Assembly (NCBI GenBank): GCA_963850905.1
Contig: CAWKMU010000003.1
Location: 1,728,001 to 1,792,000 of the forward strand
DNA from: an uncultured Gemmatimonadales bacterium
Lineage (GTDB): Bacteria; Gemmatimonadota; Gemmatimonadetes; Gemmatimonadales; Gemmatimonadaceae
Length of the DNA stretch: 64,000 nt
Reading direction: 5' to 3'
The notes under the pieces were generated by a model. It saw nothing but the letters and a program-made list of their open reading frames with translations, searched no databases and was not told where the DNA came from. Of the stretch, positions 30,468 to 38,880 are shown one piece after another. Each line of letters begins with the position of its first letter. Position 1 is the stretch's first letter. The position numbers were made by a program, and so were the translations under genes.

Positions 30468-32350
30468 GACGACTGCGACGATCCATGGCCATCGCGGCGC
30501 GCGCATGGCAGTCGCTGGGGCACGCGCGCGTTGGGATCCTCGTTGCAATCGTGGCGGGGCTGGGTTCGATCAACGCCATCGGCAACGACTTCACGCTCGA
30601 CGATGAAGGCGTGATCGTCAAGAACGCGCTCGTTCACCACCTCTCGGGCGTCTGGCGCAGCTTCGGTCTGCCCTACTGGCCCGAGTCGACGAACGCCGGC
30701 CAGTACCGGCCGCTCGCGCTAGCGAGTTTCGCCGTCGATTGGGTCATCTCCGGCGGTTCGGCGCACTGGATGCACCTCATGAACGTGGCGTGGCACGTCG
30801 TCGTCTGCGTCCTCGTCTGGCGTCTGCTGCGGGATTTTCTCTCGCCGGAAGGTGCGCTGGCGGGTGCCTTGTATTTCGCCCTGCAGCCCGTGCACGTCGA
30901 AGCGATCGCCAACACCGTCGGCCGGTGCGACATCATGGCCGCGGCATTCGTCGTGGCAGGCGTGCTGGCACATCGGCGCGGACACTGGGTCGCCATCCCG
31001 CTGTACGCTGCCGCGCTGGCGTCCAAGGAGATCGGCGTCGTCATGCTCGGCCTGGTCGTGGCGAATGATGTGCTGCTCGGCGGGGTCGGTCGTGCATCGG
31101 CCATCAAGACGCCCGTGGGCGATGCACCCGCGGGAGAGATCCCGTTGCAGGGGGCGGCGCTCTGGCGCGCGCGCCGGCCGCTGTACGCCGGGTACGGCGC
31201 GGTCGCGATCGTCTACGCCGCGGCTCTTGCGGCGGTCTTTCATCACCGGCCTCTCGTCGAAACGGCCCCCATATGGGAGCATGCCTCCATCATCGACCGC
31301 TGGCTGACTGAAGCGCGGGTCGTTCCCGAATACGTGCGCCTGATGGTCGCACCGTTCGAACTGAGGATCGAGTACTCGCCGCGCGCCATCGACCTGGCGC
31401 GTTCAGTGAGCCCTCTCGTGGCGCTCGGCTTGTTGCTGGTAGCCCTGGGCGCCTTGTGCGCGATCTATGCTTGGCGGCGGGCTCCGGCGGTCGCGATGGG
31501 GCTCGCCTGGTTCGTCATCGCAATATCACCCGTTTCGAACCTGTTCTTCGCCTCCGGAGTCGTCCTCGCGGAGCGTACGTTGTACCTGCCGAGCGTAGGC
31601 GCAGCGATCCTGGTCGGCTGGCTCGCGAATGCATTCGCGAGCAGATTGGCGGTCGCGGCGAGCCCGGTGCGGCGACGCCGTCTGTGGGGGTGGCGGCCCG
31701 GGCGTCTGGCGCGCGCCTGGGGGGTCGTCGGGACCCTCGGCGGCCTGGGGTTGCTGGCGTTCGCGGTTCGATCGTGGACGCGGACCACGGTGTGGCACGA
31801 TGACAAGCGCCTGCTCCTCACGTCGCTGGAGTTGGAGGCCGACTCGTATCGCACGCACGCGCGCGCGGCGATCATCCTGGACCATCGACACGATTGGGCA
31901 GGGGCGGAACGCGAGCTCGCCGTCGCTCGCACACTCTATCCCGAAGACGCGAATGTCTACGAGGCGGCGGCGATGGTGGCTGACGGGCAGAACCAATTCG
32001 CGCTCGCCGATCGCCTGTACGACAGCGCCACCCTGATCCATCCTGGTCTCTTCGCCGTCTACATCAAGCAAGCGCGCCTCCGATATCGCGATGGCAACTA
32101 CGGCGGGGCTATCCGGTCGGCACGCTCCGCCTACCTCGCGGCGCACGACTCGCTCGAAGCGCTCAACATCCTGACCGGCGCAGCGCAGCGAATCGGCGAC
32201 TTCACGAGTGCGGAATGGGCGTTCCAGCACGGGCTGGCGGACCATCCGCGCGATAGCACGCTCCATCGCCAGTACTCCTGGATGCTCGCCGCGCGGGGCG
32301 ACACGGCGGCGAGTCGCCGCGAAGCGGAGCGGGCCGCGGGTTTGAGGTGA
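30464..32350 (+). CDS. TMTC-like GT-C membrane protein with C-terminal TPRs (copy 3, intact)
   Basis: NDFTLDD, YRPL, FALQPVHVEAI, SKE, LAERTLYLPS, several TPR-like repeats. Confidence 0.82.
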   Translation: MRRLRRSMAIAARAWQSLGHARVGILVAIVAGLGSINAIGNDFTLDDEGVIVKNALVHHLSGVWRSFGLPYWPESTNAGQYRPLALASFAVDWVISGGSAHWMHLMNVAWHVVVCVLVWRLLRDFLSPEGALAGALYFALQPVHVEAIANTVGRCDIMAAAFVVAGVLAHRRGHWVAIPLYAAALASKEIGVVMLGLVVANDVLLGGVGRASAIKTPVGDAPAGEIPLQGAALWRARRPLYAGYGAVAIVYAAALAAVFHHRPLVETAPIWEHASIIDRWLTEARVVPEYVRLMVAPFELRIEYSPRAIDLARSVSPLVALGLLLVALGALCAIYAWRRAPAVAMGLAWFVIAISPVSNLFFASGVVLAERTLYLPSVGAAILVGWLANAFASRLAVAASPVRRRRLWGWRPGRLARAWGVVGTLGGLGLLAFAVRSWTRTTVWHDDKRLLLTSLELEADSYRTHARAAIILDHRHDWAGAERELAVARTLYPEDANVYEAAAMVADGQNQFALADRLYDSATLIHPGLFAVYIKQARLRYRDGNYGGAIRSARSAYLAAHDSLEALNILTGAAQRIGDFTSAEWAFQHGLADHPRDSTLHRQYSWMLAARGDTAASRREAERAAGLR

Positions 32351-32494
32351 CAAGACGCAGCCTCCCCGACCTCGAAAGCAGTCTCAAGACGCTGTTTTGT
32401 CAGGCCTGGTGGCTACAGGATCGACAGGCAGCTTGCAAGCGGCCGTGCATTATGCCCCAGCCAGGGGTGTTCGAACGGGCCCCTGTTAAGACGC

Positions 32495-32519
32495 TAAGTC
32501 GATTAGGGATAACGGCTTA
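32495..32519. promoter_or_regulatory. Imperfect palindrome TAAGTCG-N11-CGGCTTA, IHF-like site upstream of pilA promoter
   Basis: AT-rich inverted motif partly matching the IHF consensus AANNNNTTR. Confidence 0.3.
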
Positions 32520-32536
32520 ATCTCGGGATCCAAAGC

Positions 32537-32551
32537 GGGCCCGACGGTTGC
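32537..32551 (+). promoter_or_regulatory. Putative sigma-54 (-24/-12) promoter of pilA
   Basis: GGGCCCGACGGTTGC vs consensus TGGCACG-N4-TTGC; GG-N10-GC spacing exact; ~74 nt before pilA ATG; PilR encoded upstream. Confidence 0.55.
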
Positions 32552-32624
32552 CCCTAAGGGGGACATGTCGACCTAGACCGCCGGCGACCTCTGGTTGCCG
32601 ACCAATCTCACTCTGGAGCAAGCA

Positions 32625-33014
32625 ATGACGCAGAACCGGAAGGGCTTTACGCTGATCGAGTTGTTGATCGTGGTCGTCATCATCGGCATTTTGGCGGCGA
32701 TCGCGATTCCGAAGTTCGCCAACACGAAGCAACAGGCCTACCTGGCGACCCTCAAGTCGGACCTGCGCAACTTGGTCACGGCCGAGGAGGCGTACTTCGC
32801 GGACAACACCACCTACACGACGTCGTTGGCGACCACGCAGTTCGACGCGTCGCAGGGTGTGACGTACAACGTGTCGAACGCGAGCGGGACAGGCTGGGAA
32901 GCGACCGCGACGCACGTCGGGTTGGTCGGTGCCACGCCGTCGGGGTGCCACATTGCAATCGGCACGTACGCGACGACTGCAAGCGAGGACGAAGGCGCGC
33001 CGTACTGCCCGTAA
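32625..33014 (+). CDS. pilA: Type IVa major pilin
   Basis: Leader MTQNRKG|FTLIELLIVVVIIGILAAIAIP; C-terminal Cys pair; GGAG RBS. Confidence 0.93.
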   Translation: MTQNRKGFTLIELLIVVVIIGILAAIAIPKFANTKQQAYLATLKSDLRNLVTAEEAYFADNTTYTTSLATTQFDASQGVTYNVSNASGTGWEATATHVGLVGATPSGCHIAIGTYATTASEDEGAPYCP

Positions 33015-33040
33015 CAGGCAGCAGCAGGAGCGCAATGGTT

Positions 33041-33076
33041 CGAGGGCCAGCCGCGGGCGACCGCGGCTGGCCCTCG
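33041..33076 (+). terminator. 16-bp stem hairpin with GCGA tetraloop after pilA (member of GGGCCAGY family)
   Basis: CGAGGGCCAGCCGCGG-GCGA-CCGCGGCTGGCCCTCG; no clear U-tract. Confidence 0.6.
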
Positions 33077-33095
33077 GTGCGTCAAGGACTTTACG

Positions 33096-33213
33096 GCGGG
33101 GTCAGTCGTCAGGGGTCAGGGGTCAGGGAACAAACGTGCATGTCTGGTCGGGCGCACGAGACCTAACCCAGAAGTGACTTGCCCGACCCCTGATCCCCGA
33201 TCCCTGACCCCGC
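33096..33213. repeat. Inverted heptamer arms (GGGGTCA)n ... (TGACCCC-like)n flanking ~48 nt
   Basis: Read directly between pilA and pilM. Confidence 0.8.
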
Positions 33214-33363
33214 TCTTCATACGGTTGGGCTCGTTACCTTGGCCCCCGGCGAGTCGTGTGTGCTGTGAATGACCGGTCGGAGTGGCAGTAATGACCGGTG
33301 CGCGGGTCGCTAATGCACTCGCGTTGTGTGCCCACGACTCACTGGCGACACGCCCAACCACAC

Positions 33364-34416
33364 ATGGCGCTTCTCGGCCGTAAGAAGACGACGATCGGAC
33401 TCGACATTGGCTCGGGTCTCGTCAAAGTAGCCGTGATTGACCACGGCCGGTCCGAACCTGAATTGACCAAGGTCGCGATCGCGCCACTGCTCGCCGACGC
33501 GATCGTCGAGGGGGAAATCATGGACCCCGCGATCGTCGCGGACGCGGTCCGGAATGCCTTCGAGCAGGCGGAAATCAAGCTCAAAGGGGTCAAGGGCGTC
33601 GTCACCGCCGTCGGTGGCCGTGACGTCATCATCAAGAAAATTCAGATCGAGCGCGTGAAAGAGCAGCAGGCGCGCGAGCTGATGCGCTGGGAAGCGGAGC
33701 AGCACGTGCCCTTCGACATGGAGTCGGTGGAGCTGGACTTCCAGATCCTCGACCCGGACGCCGAAGGGCTGGAAATGAGCGTGCTGCTCGTCGCTGCCAA
33801 GCGCGAGCTCGTCGAAGCCAAGCTGCGGCTCCTCACCGATGCCGGGATACAGACCAGCGTCGTCGACGTGGATGCCTTCGCGCTGCACAATGCGTTCGAG
33901 GTGAATCACCCGAATGCGATGTCGGGCGTCGTCGCGTTGGTGAACATCGGACACGAGGTCACCAACATCAACATCCTGGATGACGGCGTACCGATTCTCA
34001 CGCGTGATGTCACGCTGGGCACGCGCCGGCTGCGCGAGGACCTGCAGCGCGATCGCGGGCTCGGTGCCGAGGAAGCCGATGGGCTGCTGCAAGGTTACGA
34101 TCGGTCCCCACACCTCGACGCGGTGATCGAGACACGCGGCGAGGAGATCGCGGTGGGTATCGAGCGCGCGGCTGCCTTCATCGCATCCTCGTCGCGCTCA
34201 GCGGCGCAGTTGCGGGCGGTCTACACCTGCGGCGGCGGTGCGCGCATCCCGGGACTCACCGAAGCGTTGTCAGCTCGGCTCCGGTTGACGGTTCAGCAAG
34301 CCAACCCGTTGGCCAACTTGAAGGTGCGTGACGGCGCCCTCGAGTCGCTCGTCACGGACGAGGTCGCTCCGTTGCTCATGCTCCCGATCGGCCTCGCCTT
34401 GCGCAAGGTCGCCTAG
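33364..34416 (+). CDS. pilM: Type IV pilus assembly protein PilM
   Basis: IGLDIGSGLVK, LLVAAK, VNIG, GGGARIPGL, IGLALR actin-like fold motifs. Confidence 0.93.
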   Translation: MALLGRKKTTIGLDIGSGLVKVAVIDHGRSEPELTKVAIAPLLADAIVEGEIMDPAIVADAVRNAFEQAEIKLKGVKGVVTAVGGRDVIIKKIQIERVKEQQARELMRWEAEQHVPFDMESVELDFQILDPDAEGLEMSVLLVAAKRELVEAKLRLLTDAGIQTSVVDVDAFALHNAFEVNHPNAMSGVVALVNIGHEVTNINILDDGVPILTRDVTLGTRRLREDLQRDRGLGAEEADGLLQGYDRSPHLDAVIETRGEEIAVGIERAAAFIASSSRSAAQLRAVYTCGGGARIPGLTEALSARLRLTVQQANPLANLKVRDGALESLVTDEVAPLLMLPIGLALRKVA

Positions 34417-34447
34417 CTCTCCCGCAAACCGTCGAGGCACGCCTGTC

Positions 34448-35176
34448 ATGATTGAAATCAACCTGCTGCCCGGTGCGGGAAAGAAATCCCGTGGCGCGGG
34501 CGCGGGCGTCAATGTCGGCGCGTCGTTCGCGACGGCCGCCAACCGGGTCAAGGATCCGTTCATGCTCCTGGCGGCCGCGAGCATCATCGCGGCCGGCGCC
34601 GTCATTCCGATGTTGACGCTGCGGCAACAGGGTGTGTCGCAAGAGCTGGCGAGCCGCGAGCAGAAGCAGGTACAGGATTCGACCCGCTACGCAGCCGTAC
34701 TGCGTGAGAAGAAGAAAGCCGAGACGCAGCGCGACTCGGTCATGCGACAGCTCAACATCATCAAGACCATCGACAACGATCGATTCGTGTGGCCGCACGT
34801 CATGGACGAGATCAGTCGTGCGCTACCGCAATACACCTGGATCGTGTCCGTCAAGCAGACCAGCGCGCCCACAGCCGCGGGCGCCGAGGACGCGAGCAAG
34901 GACGCCAAGGACAAGAAGAAGAAGGCGAGTGAGCAGGAGGAGGCGCCGCAGCCGATGAAGTTCACGGTGGTCGGCAACACCGTCGACATTCAGGCACTGA
35001 CGCGCTTCATGAAGCTGCTCGCCGCATCGCCGTTCATTCAGAACGTGCAACTCGTGAACTCGCAGCTGGCGCAGGCGGATGGCAAGGAAGTGACCGAGTT
35101 CACGCTCGAAGCCCAATACCACCAACCGGATTCGACGGCGATCCGGACCGTTCCGCTCACGCTGTCGGTGAGGTAG
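34448..35176 (+). CDS. pilN: Type IV pilus assembly protein PilN
   Basis: MIEINLLP motif, TM, coiled coil, PilN domain; follows pilM. Confidence 0.9.
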   Translation: MIEINLLPGAGKKSRGAGAGVNVGASFATAANRVKDPFMLLAAASIIAAGAVIPMLTLRQQGVSQELASREQKQVQDSTRYAAVLREKKKAETQRDSVMRQLNIIKTIDNDRFVWPHVMDEISRALPQYTWIVSVKQTSAPTAAGAEDASKDAKDKKKKASEQEEAPQPMKFTVVGNTVDIQALTRFMKLLAASPFIQNVQLVNSQLAQADGKEVTEFTLEAQYHQPDSTAIRTVPLTLSVR

Positions 35177-35182
35177 CCGACC

Positions 35183-35824
35183 ATGGCGCTCATACCGCAT
35201 ACTCAGCGCGACAAGCTGATGCTCGTCGTGATGCTGATCTCCCTCGTGTTGGTGGTCGCGTACTGGGAGTTCGTGTACGCGCCCAAGACCAACGAGCTGG
35301 CGCAGCTGCGCACGCACGTCGAGTCGCTCCAGAGCTCGAACCAGCGCGCGAAGGCGGAGCTCGCGAAGGGCAGCGTCAACGACCTGCGACAGCAGGCGCT
35401 TCGCTACCAACAGAACCTGCAGCTCATGCGGCAGCTCGTGCCAACCAGCAACGAGGTGCCCGCCTTGCTCGAGCAGATCTCCACGGCGGCGCGTCGCGTC
35501 GACCTCGACATCAACACCGTGACGCCCGAGCCGGTGATCGAAGGCGAGCAGTTCGACACGTATCGCTACAAGCTGACGGTGATCGGTGGGTATCACCCGC
35601 TGGCGGAGTTCCTGACGAACGTCGGGTCACTCACGCGTATCGTCGCGCCGGTGAACTTGGACCTCGAGCCAGCGAGTGGTCAGGAGGCGTCGAACTCGCG
35701 CACCAAGCACGGGCAGGCCGTGCTGACGTCGAAGTTCGAGATCCAGACGTATGTGGCCAAGCAGACCAGCGCGGACGAAGACGTGCCGCATTCGCGTCTG
35801 ACGAAGCCGGGGGCGAAAACATGA
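35183..35824 (+). CDS. pilO: Type IV pilus assembly protein PilO
   Basis: TM, coiled coil, LVP..NEVPALL, G.YH.L..FL. Confidence 0.88.
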   Translation: MALIPHTQRDKLMLVVMLISLVLVVAYWEFVYAPKTNELAQLRTHVESLQSSNQRAKAELAKGSVNDLRQQALRYQQNLQLMRQLVPTSNEVPALLEQISTAARRVDLDINTVTPEPVIEGEQFDTYRYKLTVIGGYHPLAEFLTNVGSLTRIVAPVNLDLEPASGQEASNSRTKHGQAVLTSKFEIQTYVAKQTSADEDVPHSRLTKPGAKT

Positions 35825-36705
35825 CAACCATCCGTGAGAGTATCAGGACGTCTGTCGCGCGCACGGCGGGCCTCATCGCAGTGATCGGGCTCGCGTTCGC
35901 CGTTGGCGCGGTGACGCCTTCACCTGCGGCGGCGCAGTCGCAAATCCTCACCGGGCCGAAGCAGGCCGCGATGCGGGCAGCGGCTGCCGCCAATGCCCAA
36001 ACAGCGGCGATGCAGAACACGGACGCCGTCTCCCCGGCCGTCCCGTCTTCCAAGTCGGCCCCGGCACCGCAGCCGTCGCGGCGGCCCGCGGCACCGATCG
36101 TCGCGAGCACACCAGCTCCGGCCACCGCCGCGAAGCCGCTCGGCGCCGCTCGACCGGTGCCCGGTGTAGCGGGGAAGGGCGCGGTTGCGACGGCAGGTGC
36201 CGCACCCGTCGCCAGCACGGCCAAGACGACCACCCCCGCAGGGGCCAGGGCGTCGGTTCCGGGGCTCGCGAAGGCCACACCCACGGCGCCGGCCGGCGCG
36301 AGCGCGACGGCGGCGACTGCCGGTGGGGACAGCGCTGGCTCCATCTCAGTGACCGAGCGTGGCGTCAAGGGTGAGGTCTCGCTGAATCGCGAGGTCTTCT
36401 CCTACGACGCCAGCGGGCGACGCGATCCGTTCATCTCGCTGATGCGCTCGGGCGACCTGAGGCCCATGCTCTCCGATCTACGGCTCACGACGGTGCTGTA
36501 CGACGCGACTGGGCAGAATTCGATCGCGGTGATGCGGGATCAGTCCACGAAGGACCAATACCGCGTACGCGTCGGCATGACACTCGGACGGATGCGCGTC
36601 GCGCAAATCCAGCCGAAGCAGGTGGTGTTCACGATCGAGGAAGTCGGCTTCAGTCGCCAGGAGGCGCTGGCGCTGGGTGATACAACTAAAGCGAGGACGC
36701 CATGA
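35821..36705 (+). CDS. pilP: PilP-like protein with long Ala/Pro/Thr-rich linker
   Basis: FSYDASGRRDPF motif and C-terminal beta domain; position between pilO and pilQ. Confidence 0.7.
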   Translation: MTTIRESIRTSVARTAGLIAVIGLAFAVGAVTPSPAAAQSQILTGPKQAAMRAAAAANAQTAAMQNTDAVSPAVPSSKSAPAPQPSRRPAAPIVASTPAPATAAKPLGAARPVPGVAGKGAVATAGAAPVASTAKTTTPAGARASVPGLAKATPTAPAGASATAATAGGDSAGSISVTERGVKGEVSLNREVFSYDASGRRDPFISLMRSGDLRPMLSDLRLTTVLYDATGQNSIAVMRDQSTKDQYRVRVGMTLGRMRVAQIQPKQVVFTIEEVGFSRQEALALGDTTKARTP

Positions 36706-38714
36706 AGCATGTTTGGACGCTCGCCGCGGTCACGGCAGCCGCGCTAGTCGGGCGAACCCCCGCAACTGCGTTCGCTTTGCCCGGCGACGCACTGCTGCGC
36801 GGCACGCCGACAACGACTGACCGAGGGCCGGCCACGTCCGATGAGACGCCGCCGCGCGCGGCGGCGTCTGTCACCGGCCTCAGTGTCGTCCCGGGCACCG
36901 GACGCGCCGAGGTCGTGATTGCAGTCGATAGCTCGGTGCAAGCGCAGGACTTCGTTCTCGAAGCCTCGCCGTATCGTATCGTCCTCGATCTGACCGGTGC
37001 CAGGTTGGACCTCGCGCCTCGCTTCTACGACCGGGTGACGCGGGGCAGTATCACCAACGTCCGCTACGCGCAGTACCGGGCCGGGGTGGTGCGGGTCGTC
37101 GTGGAGCTGGACGGTCCACACGAGTACACGATGGTGCGTGGGGCGCACGACCTGCGTCTCGCGATCGATGGCGGCAACGCCAGCTTCGCCGCGTGGGATG
37201 CCAGCCATGCGGGTCGGTCCACTGGCGCGCGCGCGGTCGCTGCTGCCGTCGCAGAGGATGCGATGCCGCAAGCCAGTGCGTCCGTTGCAACGCCGACCAG
37301 AACGTCCGACATCGTGGTGACGGCCGCGGGTTCCCTCTCCGATTCGCCGAGCGGGCGACACCGCACCTTCCTCCAGCGGGGGAATCAGTCGAGCCAGCCG
37401 CGCATCACGGTGACCTACCAGGACTCCGACATCCGCGACGTCCTCGCCGCGTTCGCCGCGTTCTCAGGCCGCACGATCGTCGTCGGCAAGGACGTGCAGG
37501 GGACAGTGACCGCCGAGGTCCGCGACCAACCCTGGGACGTCGCGCTGCAATCGATTCTCGCGTCGCAGCAGCTCGCGGCGTCCGAGGACCAGTACGGAAT
37601 CATCACCGTCGACAGCTACAAGAACATCCAGGCCAAGCAAGCCAGCGAGCCGCTCGTCACCCAGCTCGTCACGCTGAACTACGCGAACGCCTTCGGGCTG
37701 GTGAAGACGGTGCAGTCACTGCTCGCCCGCGATTGTGGTCCCGGCCAGGGCGGCGGCGCGGCCGGCGCCGCGCCTGCTCAGAGCCAGGCGTGCCAGCCGC
37801 GCGGCAACGTGGTCGCCGATACGGGGACCAACACGCTGCTGATCACCGAGTCGCAGTCGCACATGCAGGACGTCGTCAACTACATTCGCGACCTCGACAT
37901 TCGCACGCCGCAGGTTTCGATCAAGGCCAAGATCATCTTCGTCAACCGCACGGTACTCAACTCGCTTGGGCTGGCGTATGACATCGGTGACAATGGCACC
38001 TTCTTCAACACCCTGGTGCAGCGGATCGACCCGCAGACGGGCCAGCCATACCCCAGCAACGTCACGACGGTCAATGTCGGGGGCAACGCACTTGCCGCGG
38101 TCTCCAACGCCGCACGGCCGTACCAATTGGGAGCCGCCCTCAGTCTCCTTTATACCGCTGCCGTCGGCAAGTTCTCGTTGACCTCGTTCATCGACGCGAC
38201 GGCGTCCCTCCAGCTGTCGGACGTGCAGGCGGAGCCCAGCGTCGTCACGCTCGACAATCGATTGGCGCAGATCCAGGTCGGTGAAGAGACGCCGATCCGC
38301 GTGATCGACGCGAGTGCCAGCGGGTCCGCCGGACCACCGGTTGCGACGGTCCAGTGGAAGGAATCGGGTATCATTCTGTCGGTCACGCCCCATATCACGA
38401 GAGACGGCCAGATCTTGATGCAGCTCCACGCGGAACAGTCGCAGCTGCAGCAGGTCGGTGGAGATCTCGGATACAACTTCTTCAAGCGCGCGGCGGACAC
38501 GAAGCTGCTGGTCAGCGACGGTGAGACGGCCGTTATCGGCGGTCTGACTGAGACCACGGTCACGAAGTCCAAGAACTCCATTCCGCTGCTGGGTGAGCTC
38601 CCGCTCGTCGGGTCGCTCTTCTCGCAGACGCAGACAACGGACGAGAAACAGGACCTGCTGATCCTGATCACGCCCCGCGTGATCGGCACCAACGACGCGG
38701 TGCGGATGCGGTAG
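36702..38714 (+). CDS. pilQ: Type IV pilus secretin with AMIN domain
   Basis: AMIN domain, PWD..L, QVSIKAKI, GETAVIGGL, IPLLGELP..G.LF, LLILITPRVI. Confidence 0.93.
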   Translation: MKHVWTLAAVTAAALVGRTPATAFALPGDALLRGTPTTTDRGPATSDETPPRAAASVTGLSVVPGTGRAEVVIAVDSSVQAQDFVLEASPYRIVLDLTGARLDLAPRFYDRVTRGSITNVRYAQYRAGVVRVVVELDGPHEYTMVRGAHDLRLAIDGGNASFAAWDASHAGRSTGARAVAAAVAEDAMPQASASVATPTRTSDIVVTAAGSLSDSPSGRHRTFLQRGNQSSQPRITVTYQDSDIRDVLAAFAAFSGRTIVVGKDVQGTVTAEVRDQPWDVALQSILASQQLAASEDQYGIITVDSYKNIQAKQASEPLVTQLVTLNYANAFGLVKTVQSLLARDCGPGQGGGAAGAAPAQSQACQPRGNVVADTGTNTLLITESQSHMQDVVNYIRDLDIRTPQVSIKAKIIFVNRTVLNSLGLAYDIGDNGTFFNTLVQRIDPQTGQPYPSNVTTVNVGGNALAAVSNAARPYQLGAALSLLYTAAVGKFSLTSFIDATASLQLSDVQAEPSVVTLDNRLAQIQVGEETPIRVIDASASGSAGPPVATVQWKESGIILSVTPHITRDGQILMQLHAEQSQLQQVGGDLGYNFFKRAADTKLLVSDGETAVIGGLTETTVTKSKNSIPLLGELPLVGSLFSQTQTTDEKQDLLILITPRVIGTNDAVRMR

Positions 38715-38720
38715 GGCAAC

Positions 38721-38878
38721 GGCCGGGGTCCGGGGTCCGGGGCCCGGGAACGACAACCGCAGGACGCTCGGGGCCAGTCGCAGGAGACCGCGACTGGCCC
38801 TATAGTTTTGTAGCGGGTTCCGTGTTCGCAGCTGCAGTTCCCGGACCCGACCTGTAACCCGGAACCCGGACCCCGGCC
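38721..38878. repeat. Composite palindrome: (CGGGGTC)n GGGAACGACAAC / GGGCCAGTCGC..GCGACTGGCCC hairpin / inverted arm
   Basis: Read directly between pilQ and aroC. Confidence 0.8.
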
Positions 38879-38880
38879 TT

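Noticed and set aside
33131..33178. Riboswitch (e.g. c-di-GMP) between pilA and pilM
   Set aside because: Could not match a known consensus by eye; needs an Rfam/Infernal scan
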